Of a DNA stretch of 64,000 nucleotides, positions 53,996 through 64,000 are shown piece after piece; the stretch's first letter is position 1; the number at the start of each line of letters is the position of its first letter. The position numbers were made by a program, and so were the translations under genes. The stretch comes from Octopus sinensis (lineage: Eukaryota). The stretch covers positions 164,734,001 through 164,798,000 of the forward strand of contig NC_042997.1 in NCBI RefSeq assembly GCF_006345805.1, read 5' to 3'. The notes below the pieces were generated by a model. It was not told the DNA's origin, searched no databases, and saw only the letters and a program-made list of their open reading frames with translations.

Positions 53996-54413
53996 TATCA
54001 AAAGAAAAACAGGACGCAAAGGATTTTGCGGTACATATGTTTCGGGCTTTATTGATCAACTTATACCAATGCATAATTGATATAACGGGTAGATCAAAAG
54101 CCTTCTTCAGCCGCGTACAATTACCACACCAAAGACATGTATCACATTATAGCAGGTTTGAGAAAAAGTTTGGGGAAAAACCGAGTTTCATTGGGAAAGT
54201 AAATCCTCATAGGCGTATACAGCATTGCGAGACTCAAAAAAATTCCCAAACTTTTTCTCAAACCTGCTATAATGTGATACATGTCTTTAGTGTGGTAATT
54301 GAAGAAGGCTTTTGATCTACCTGTTATATCAATTATGCATTGATATAAGTTGTTCAATAAAGCCCGAAACATATGTACCGCAAAATCCTTTGCGTCCTGT
54401 TTTTCTTTTGATA
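53996..54413. mobile_element. Foldback element (about 175-bp arms, about 70-nt spacer) with an HHR in each arm, inserted in the (TA)n of a CORE SINE
   Basis: 53996-54174 and 54245-54413 are nearly identical reverse complements apart from a 10-nt indel and a few substitutions. The host SINE halves lie at 53800-53995 and 54880-55030. Confidence 0.92.
54028..54114 (-). ncRNA. Type I hammerhead ribozyme motif with intact core and long stem II
   Basis: Minus strand: GCGG-CTGAAGA-A-GGCTTT-TGATC..TTATATCAAT/ATTGGTATAA..GATCA-AT-AAAGCC-C-GAAA-CATATG-TA-CCGC. Stem III is the perfect palindrome ACATATGT. Confidence 0.78.
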
Positions 54414-54486
54414 CATATATCCTATCACCTATACCACTAGCTGGCATATACAGGTGCTTACATTTATCAAGTATTCACCCTGAATT

Positions 54487-54518
<32 letters not shown>

Positions 54519-55992
54519 CAAGATAAGAAAATGGAGAAATACATCTAAATCAAATATCAATTACCAGATAATACTCAATCACATACTTTATTAAACCACC
54601 ACATAAGAGACTGTAGGGTTAAATATAAAAAAGCAGAACAAATCAGTGTACATAAAGGAATGTACATAAAAAAGTGTACATAAAAGAGTAATGTTGTATA
54701 ATAAGTAGAATATATATAAAAGAGAATATAAATATAAGTAAATATAAATATAAGTATAGATTACATCTTACAGCTGTTTCGGCCATGTAGATAAGTATGT
54801 CTCATTTTACCAATATTAGCCTTTTATGGTAGATCAATATATAGATATAAATGAGACATTTATCTCAATTTGTATATATATATATATATATATATACGAC
54901 GGGCTTCTTTCGGTCTCTATCTACCAAATTCACACACAATGCTTCGGTCAGTCTGGAGTTATAGAAAAAGACACTTGCCCAAGGTGATAAGTAGTAGGAC
55001 TGAATCTGGAACCATGTGGTTGTGGATCCACAATAATATTTCAAGGGCTTTATTTGTATGTACAGGAAGGTTTCTTTCTGTAACATTTTACATACTTCGA
55101 CTTACACAAGTTACTTTGTGGAAAACAAAATAGGAATTTTGAAAGAAGTTTCTATAAAATTAGTTTATAAATATCGGAATGGCTATGGTGACCCACCAGA
55201 ATAAAATAGTAATCGAAAGGAGTCCATAGATAAAACATGGTTGAGAACCCTTGTTATAAAGGCTCCTCAAAGATCTAAGACTAATAAGATGTTTTTTTTT
55301 ATATAATCTCTCGTAGTATCGTTAATAATTTGCAACATAAATCTGGTTGCATGTTCTTTTTTCAATCGCTTTGGTAAAATACTGGACAAAAAAGCATAGA
55401 GAGTGTCACGAGTGATGGTGGTGGTGGCGGTGGTGGTGATGATGACAATGATGACGACGACGACGTTGATGATGTTTCAATTTAGTTGTTGGTTATCGTA
55501 GGTTTGAGGTAGTTTCGCCATTTTCCCCTTTATTCCCTATGACGAAAGCTGCTTAGCTGTGAAATGGGTTAAATATAGATAAATTTGTCTGTCAGTAATT
55601 CTTTATAAGTTTTTTTATAGCCGACAGAATAATTTTTTCGGACATTTTGATTGCACTGAAACAGGTTTTCATTGAAATGGTAAAAAAAAAAGCAAAAAAA
55701 AGAAAGCTATGTAGTGAGGATACCAACGGAGTCGACCATAATTCGTAGATTCGTTTGCACTATTGTTGTTGTTTGTGTTGTTGTTTGTTACAGTTAACAA
55801 TGTCAGTCAAGTTTCAGAAAGTGAAATTTCATATGAAGAGAAGTGTCTTACGTAATCTGATCTGAATAACGTTAATTTGTTCAATAAAAAGGTATTTTCT
55901 CTTACACACACACACATCGCGCGCGCGTGCACACACACACACTTATTTGAACGTGGTCTTCGCTTTTTAATTGAGATTTCAGAAATATATAT

Positions 55993-56082
<90 letters not shown>

Positions 56083-56143
56083 CATATGTGTGTGTGTTAT
56101 ATAAAGTATTATACACATATAATATATATTATGTATTGTATAC

Positions 56144-56196
<53 letters not shown>

Positions 56197-56246
56197 CATA
56201 TACATATACATTACACGCATATATTTATATATATATATACATCACA

Positions 56247-56280
<34 letters not shown>

Positions 56281-56698
56281 CACACACACAGAACTATATA
56301 ATATAAAGAACACATATTATTTATATTGTATAAATGCAATGCTGCCTATATATTATGTGTATATATAATGTCCGTATATATATACACACGCATGTATATA
56401 TAGTAACAGATTCGTTTGTGTACATCACACACACACACACTTTATGTACATGGAAAGAAATGTTGAACCTAAAGACATATTTGCCGACAGCCATAAAACT
56501 CAGGTTACACAATTGAAACCATTATTATAATAATGGTTATGGGCAGTTATAACAATAAAAAAAAAGTACGATATAATGAGATGAAAAGCTTCAATACAAT
56601 ATAATTAAGATTCCGAGACGAAAAATGATTTCACAGATATTTCTAAAATATATAAATAAATATGTAAATAAATAGATAAATATATAAAAAAAAGGTGA

Positions 56699-56784
<86 letters not shown>

Positions 56785-57659
56785 CAGATAATCAGAAAGT
56801 ATAATAGAAAGCAAATATATTGAATTCGAACGAAGTTGGAAACTGTACGCAATAAAAATAATCTTGCAAATGTTCTTCCATTGCCAACGGAGTGCTGTTA
56901 CCTGAATAGTTTAGTTCAGGGCGACTATTTCAAAACATATATTAAAAAAAAACCAAAAAAAAACATACACACACACAAAAAAAAAAGAAAGAAGAAAGAA
57001 GGAAACGATTTTTCAATATTTTTAGTAGAAGAACTAGACATTATAAACACGATTCAAATAATGTTTCTATCTAACCCAAGGTGTAATTTCACAAGGTTAG
57101 TGTTCAATGAAAGAATGTCAAGATTTAATGGAAAATAAAAATAAATTAATTAACGATACCTATCTCTGTCTCCAGTAAGTTAACTTAACACACCGAGCTA
57201 CTAAGTACAGACAAAAATAAATAAATAAGAAAATGAATAAAAATGAAATTTAAAAAAATTCATATAAATTGCCAACAAATCAATTTGGAAAAGTTCCTTT
57301 ACGAATTTACAATCTACAGACAGGCAGCAAATAAGAAATACACAAACAAACAAATAAATAAGATAGCGATGGAAGTGTCCAATAGTGATACATTCGTGGT
57401 ATCTCGGCCATTGCCGAATCTTAAAAGTATTAAAATTTCAAGTAAGCGACCGATATAGTGAATAAATAGGTACTTAAAATAAAATGGTTCAAGAAATGAA
57501 TATTTAAGGGTATTCTATTTAAACTTAATTGTTTGTTACTACTTATGTCTATCTGCTACAATAACTGGAGAAAGAAGAAAAAAAACATCATCGTGACAAT
57601 CGGTTACTAGTGTAAAAAACAGAAATATCACGTTGAACAATAGTTCCAAATATCAAGAG

Positions 57660-58500
57660 AGGTTTCACACTCACATGATCGGAGAGCATGTGAGGGCCTA
57701 CGCTACCTGGAGCCATCTCGGTCTCCGTCCTGTGGATATCCATCCCCCTCTCCCTTTCGTAAACGTCCGGTCCACAAAAATACAAATGGGACGCCATCCA
57801 GTGCAGCATGATCACGGACGGGCTGGTGCGCCGACTCGACCAATATCATGTTTCCGCCCTGCTTTCCAGCTCTACAGTAGTGCCTGGCTTAACACAGTGC
57901 CATCACTCTCGACTGGCACTCAGCTTGATAGCGACTGTCAGCGCATCGGTGTTTCCCTGCGGCTTAGCCTCTAGATTTGTGAGCCTCACAAATACTGCTG
58001 CAGATCCACTGTGGATTCTTCGGCTTCCACCCATTGTCATAGTGCTGACCGCCTTCCACGCCATGCCTTCAATGAGATCACAAAGCATAGCCTAGATACC
58101 GCAGGCTTTCCTTCCCAGCTGGAGCCAACAGAGCTAGACGGAAGGGACGGTAAAAAGCCTTCCGTTCTGCAGAGGTAGGTCCCTCATCAATGATACCACA
58201 TGCTGTGTCACCTTCTTCAGCAGTAACTTGATGTGTTTAGCTGCTAGCCCAAACTTCGTTGCTCGTCAGACCTAGGAAGGCAAATTGGTCGCTCTCTGAC
58301 AGATTTGTAGTCAAGCCGCGGCAGTGGAGACCTCCGGCGTTTTCGGCCACCGGCCCACATCCTGCTATCGGGTAGATGGCTTTCTGCAAGTGCGACCTCC
58401 GTGGGTGAGAGTGGCTGCTCCAGCGCATCTTCCTCGCTATCCTCTGGTGCAATGCCTGTTCCATTTTCTGTGTTGGGACCATGAAGGGGATTTGCAAGCC
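57660..58500 (+). mobile_element. CRE-clade non-LTR retrotransposon, decayed C-terminal (zinc knuckle and REL endonuclease) fragment
   Basis: Plus frames give SAWLNTVPSLSTGTQLDSDCQRIGVSLRLSL*ICEPHKYCC...RHAFNEITKHSLDTAGFPSQLEPTELDGRDGKKP, PFCRGRSLINDTTCC and AVETSGVFG. These match the CRE pattern WL.A.P..G..L....RI...LRLG...C..H.C...RH..LN......LEP.GL...DG.RPDG..WD.T...AVET.G. GC-rich island. Confidence 0.85.
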
Positions 58501-58783
58501 TTTTGAAATTATTACTTGTTACTGTTTTATTTCCTCGTTATTTTCACTGTCACAAAACTATAGAAAAACAAATATCGCAAAAGAAATAAAGGAAAACGAA
58601 AGTTAAAGAAAAAAAGAAACACACAAACAGATGCATACAAACATGCTGATGCACGCACATACACAGACATATACACGCTCCTCCTTCCCCTCCCTGTGTC
58701 GTTGTTTTACTCTTGTTCTTAGTTTCCTCACTTTGCGAGCAAAAATTTTTGTGGCAAAATATGCACGCATACATGTGTGTGTT

Positions 58784-58832
<49 letters not shown>

Positions 58833-58852
58833 GTACGTACATACACAAACAC

Positions 58853-58900
<48 letters not shown>

Positions 58901-58920
58901 GTACGTACATACACAAACAC

Positions 58921-58957
<37 letters not shown>

Positions 58958-58968
58958 GACAGACAGAC

Positions 58969-59022
<54 letters not shown>

Positions 59023-59241
59023 AGATAGATAGATATAGATAGATAGATAGATAAGGCGGCTATCGAACAGAATCGTTAGTACGTCAGGCAAAATGCATGG
59101 TGGCATTTAGTCCGTCTTTATGTCTACGCTCAAATTTCACTGAGGTCAACTTTGTCTTTTATCCGTTCAGGGTAACACTGGAGTTGATGTAATCGACTTA
59201 CCCACTTCACCTGAAATTACTTGTCTTGTTCTAAAATTTGA

Positions 59242-59297
<56 letters not shown>

Positions 59298-59321
59298 TAT
59301 ATATATACACACACATACATA

Positions 59322-60022
59322 CGAGGAGGTACTCTAAAGTATCTGGACGCGTTCTATGTGTGACAAGCCCGTTCCAGTTCAGGCTTACGTCGCTAGAAAC
59401 CACTTGATGCGGCCCTCAGGCATTAGTCTGTCGACCGACGTCGACGAGTGAAGTCGTACTGCCACGTGGTGTGTTTTTGTTTTGCATTGCTTCTACGCTG
59501 TTCGTCAATTTTTGCGATGGCTGAAACGAAGAAACAGCGTGCTTTCGTGAAATTCTGTTTTCTGCTTGAGAAAACGGTGGCCGACACAGTTGTCATACTT
59601 CAAACAGCTTACAATGATGCTGCCATGAGCAAAATACAAGTTTACGAGTGGTTTTCATTCTTTAGGAATGGTCTTACCTCACTTGCTCACGGAAGATCAA
59701 AAGCAGTCGCAACTGAATGCGTGTTCTGAACTGAAAGAACAGTTGAAAGTTGATTCAGACTTTTTTTCGAAGGTCATCACTTGTGACGAAAGATGGTGTT
59801 TCAAAATTTGCAGATGTGGAAGAGATGAAGGGAAAAAAACGACAGATGCGTTAAAAGACATCACTTCGCATGAGTTCCAGGACTACTTCGAACAGTGGAA
59901 AACTTGTCTGGACTGATGCATAGCTTCAAATGGAGAATACTTTGAAGGCGATAAAAGTGTAAACATGTTAAAAAAGAAAATAAGATAATGTAAAATGTCG
60001 GTTTCTTTTTGGTACCCCTTCG
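59322..60022 (+). mobile_element. Mariner internal-deletion derivative (about 700 bp)
   Basis: TA-CGAGGAGGTACTC ... GGTACCCCTTCG-TA. Fragments KQRAFVKFCFLLEKT..QVYEWF, VITCDERWCF and FQDYFEQWKTCLD*CIASNGEYFEGD; the catalytic middle is missing. Confidence 0.9.
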
Positions 60023-60188
60023 TATATGTAATAATAATGATGATAATAATAATAATAACAATAATAATCCATGGATGGAATTTATATTTTAATGTATCGC
60101 TACGCGCGTTTCCACAAATTACATGTTTCTTACAGACTAAGGTCGTAAGAAATACATGATTTATAGAAATGCGAGTAGCGATGCCTTA

Positions 60189-60223
<35 letters not shown>

Positions 60224-60759
60224 AACAGGCGGCTAACTGACAGGGTCGGAAACATTGATTTTGGGTTAAACATTCTAGCTGTCTGCGCTCTGAGTCCAAT
60301 TTCATCCGAAATCAACCGTGTCATTAATTTTAGTGGGGTAGACTTCTCTCTCTCTCTCTCTCGTCTATCTATCTCTCTTGTTGTTCAAAATATCTCAGTT
60401 CGCACCCTACCGTCTTGAAAATATCTAAATTTACAACCCCAACCCACAACAAACAGCATAGTTACGACTGGAGAATGTCTCATAAGTCTGCCGACGTGGT
60501 ATGTGGGGTTTTAACCAAATAGAATAAAAGTACTACAAAATTTCTAGCTAAGATTCGAACTCACGTCTGATAAGTTTTACTCTAATACGTTAACGAATTC
60601 GGACATTACGCCTCAACCATTTTGTTTCTTTTCTATCTAATAAACTAATTTTTGTAAATTATTAGCAATTAAATATATTATTAATCGATTGTTCTATTCA
60701 AAATTCAACTACAAAGATATCTTCAAAAGAAGCTTGCAGTTTGTTTTTAATACTTTGAA

Positions 60760-60790
<31 letters not shown>

Positions 60791-61779
60791 ATAGATAAAT
60801 AAATAAACAAAAAAAGACAAATTAATCTTTGAATAATAATTTGGTGAACGGAATTAATTATAGGAACCTCATAATAACATGCTATAACGAGAGTGAGAAT
60901 AAATGACTTGCTATTGTAATTTAGACTTAAAATATATACACAATGTATTCCAACCATGGTCATCCCATCTTTTTTTATGGGCTTCTGGGGCTGTCATTAG
61001 CTAATGTGCCTTTTTACTTTTTAAAGACAGTGATGTAATATCTGAAAGAGTTTTGGATGGTAAATATATATAACGAACAAAAAGTGACTGATCAACAAGG
61101 CATTCATGAATGAATGACCTATTTTGATAGAATGATTCGTGTTCATGTATTACCAATATATTTTATGGTGGTTCTTAGCCAAGCAGCCAAACAGATATAG
61201 CTGCTATGTCAGTATTATTCTATCTGCGGTTGAATGATTGCTAAAATTACTAGATTCAGCATGAAACCATTGATACTGCATTAACACCAATTCTACTATT
61301 TAATGATGTGCATGCGTACGTGCATCTATGTTTGTTGCGTGTATATACATTCATTTGCTCTATAGATATGTGTACTTGAGTACAGTAGACGTGCTGGATA
61401 CAGCATTCAGCACTGGTTGCATATTCAAAAACTATCAATGAATGGTGACTATTTACTTCGAAAGTTCACCGATATTGGTTTCTCGAAACTCTGTTTGGTA
61501 CGATGAAAATCCTTATACATAGTAGTAATTTGGTACAAGGTCGAGGTAATGGGTTGAAGTTGTAAACACAGACATAAAGCGAGATGGAGAACAGAAAATT
61601 TTGGATATTGGGTAAAAGTATTAAATAAATAAAAGGGCATAAGGAAGGAGACGAAACATCTGCTATGTGATTATTTCGCCCAGAAAATATGAAGTTCCAG
61701 GAAGAACTGAATAATATAAACCTTCACTGAAGAAGCCGCACCACTTATGAAAATGTTGCGACTATTAATTCGTTACATC

Positions 61780-62125
61780 CCGGAGTGGTCCGCATCCAGA
61801 TCACAAATCCTGGATATCCTTCTGCTGCCTTATTTTGTACACCTGTTTGTGTTTTAAATTACACCTTCTTAGGTGGTCAAGGTGTCCTAGAGCCAAGGTA
61901 TCTTGGATCATTCGATCTGAGATACCAGTTGATCGTAGGGAAAGTTATGCCTTGTGAAGTTCACTCTCATTCCTTCTTCTCCAGATCCAGCTGGAACTCT
62001 TTCCCACTGCTTCTGCCATTGCCTTTCGAGCTCTGGTTCTCTTTCCCCTAAATTTTGAGAGTCGCTTCATGTGAATGCAGGCGGAATTATTCAGAAGACC
62101 CTGGCTCCCATTTCTTGAAATAAGC
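61780..62125 (-). mobile_element. 3' end of a REL-type (HERO/R2-group-like) non-LTR retrotransposon
   Basis: With one frameshift: EMGAR-GLLNNSACIHMKRL...KAMAEAVGKSSSWIWRRRNE, like the EVG.RG...AE..S.WIW.RR terminus of REL elements. Confidence 0.55.
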
Positions 62126-62149
62126 AAATTTTATATGTACATGTATAAT

Positions 62150-63360
62150 CAATTTTATCGAAGCACATATTGGACATCGTTTTATCTATGTTTAACATCT
62201 TCATAGTGATCTGGCCATCATGCTTTTAGTTTTAACCGATTATTTGTTGTTGTGGAGCCACACCATATCATCGTGCACAGTTTTTATCATAATGGTCTCA
62301 GACAGGCTGGCAGAACAATTCATTCTTCATTATACAATCTAACTATTAACCTATTTTTCAATGATATTAAATGGACTATTAAAAACGGTTTCTCCAGTTC
62401 TTATTAAAATCCTTTTTTTTAATACACCAGATACAGTTTTGTCATTGGTAGTCGGAAAGTTTATATTTCATCTTTATAATATCAAGTTCTACAAAATATT
62501 AAAAAAAAATCATCCCCATCACAATTAATTTCATCCAAACCAACATTACTAATGAATTCCATTTACAATAATGTATCATGTATTTCAGATCCCTTTATGT
62601 AAGTCACAATTAAACGCTGTCATTTGTAAGGCCCTTAAAGTATGTGCACATGTTTCAGTCAGTAAAGTACAATTTTTTATTGAAAAAAAATTCTAATCAT
62701 CAGAAGCCCATTTAAATTTTCGCCGAAACAGAAAATGCTGTGCTCTACGAGTACACTATACAATCACCTAGGCAAACCTATTATTATTTGAGTAGATTAT
62801 TTCAACTGCACTCCTAACAAGTGCAGTACAGGATCACAATCTAGTGAAAGTATCTGTGATAGAGTCTTTTTACTTGCATCAGTTTATTAAAGCAATCTCT
62901 GTTAAATCATAAATTTGTACCACTGGCTTTGATAGGAACATCAGTTTTATATCCGCAAATGCTTTTCGGATATATGCTTTAAATTGATTTACCACCAATA
63001 CAACATCATCTTAACAAATAATATTATCATTATCATTCTCAACATGTTCACTTGCTCTCTGAAACAGAGTTGTTTTAATTCTTAACGGAAGACATATCTA
63101 TCTTAAAAAGACCCAACGGTGTATTTATCGTTGAAACATTTCCTCCTTCACAACATATTTTTATCAGTTTAAATATTCCATCTAAAAGCAATTTATCAAA
63201 ATAATTCACGCCAGAGAAAGAATGAAATATCGATTAAATATTTGAAGTTGGATAAGAATCTGAACAAATTCTTTCATCTACACCTACGTACTTTATAGTT
63301 TCCACGTATTCTCGGGTCTCTTTCGTATAACCGCCAAACGAGAGTCCCTCAGTAACTGGT
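62150..63360 (-). mobile_element. Decayed Ty3/Gypsy pol (RT-RNaseH-integrase order)
   Basis: Minus strand in order: RICGNYK..ERICSDSYP (RT), TINTPLGLFK (RT), IV*CTRRAQHFLFRRKF..SD (RNase H), CGSTTTNNRLKLKA*WPDHYEDVKH (integrase zinc region). Many stops. Confidence 0.8.
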
Positions 63361-63429
63361 TACTTATTTTCATAAATATTTTTATAAATCTTGATACATA
63401 TTTTATATCTCTTTATATATTGATGTTGC

Positions 63430-63650
63430 TTCATACTGATTTCAAATTTTGGTACAAGGCCAGCAATTTCAGGAGAGGGACAAGTCGATTACATTGACTC
63501 CAGTGCTCTACTGCAACTTATTTCAACGACCCAAAAAAGGAAAAAAATTCGATCTCCGCGGAATTTTAACTCAGAATGTAAAGACGAACGAAATACCGCT
63601 AAGCATTTTGCGGGGCGCGCTAACGGTTCTACGAGCACGCCGCCTTAGCA
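63430..63650 (-). mobile_element. Nin-domain SINE
   Basis: GGAATTTTAACTCAGAATGTAAAGACGAACGAAATACCGCTAAGC...CGCCGCCTT. Confidence 0.75.
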
Positions 63651-64000
63651 TAGCCTAATATTGATATATATTTTGTATATATTTTACATATATTGACATT
63701 GGTCTTGCCTCACTCTAGCATGGCCTAATATTTTCTTTGTGATGAAAAAAATTACGTTTAAAACGTCTTAATCGTCAAAGTTGTCCTAGATAAATGTTGA
63801 ACTAGCATTCATCACATCCACATCAAACAAGACCTAATATTTTTTTATAAAAACAACATCCACAACATCTATTCTCTTAGCAGTTTCCATTAATGCATCC
63901 GACTTTCACAAAATATAAAGGAGTGGTCCATTAAATTATTTTAGTTTGAGAAAACATTTCTTTAACATTGATTTGTTCAATCAGGTATAACAATTACCTG

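Noticed and set aside
55793-55890. AG/GT-bounded candidate exon, or a C/D snoRNA (ATGAAGA...CTGA)
   Set aside because: Stops occur in all three frames; the C box is mismatched, the spacing is too short and there is no terminal stem.

Overview
AT-rich, microsatellite-dense eukaryotic DNA with no host exon I can support. It looks intronic or intergenic, and almost all long ORFs in the track are simple-repeat artefacts. The SINE content (tRNA-head elements with Nin-, CORE- and Meta-like central domains) suggests an octopus or other coleoid cephalopod; this is inference from recalled repeat families, not a search. Recognisable mobile-element remnants are three Tc1-like copies with DD36E spacing, a mariner and a hAT deletion derivative, two to three Helitron-type pieces, and decayed CR1/L2, RTE, CRE, HERO-like and Ty3/Gypsy fragments. 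There is one 100-N gap. The most interesting signal is a set of minimal type I hammerhead ribozyme (HHR) motifs of the Penelope-like-element kind, from several sequence-unrelated families. Three palindromic foldback elements (13.2, 38.1 and 54.0 kb) carry an HHR or HHR remnant in each arm, always reading centre-to-outward. A three-copy dispersed family has a non-canonical CUG-U-N-GA core. Solitary HHR motifs lie at 9.96 and 14.5 kb. All structures were paired by eye; nothing was computed or searched.
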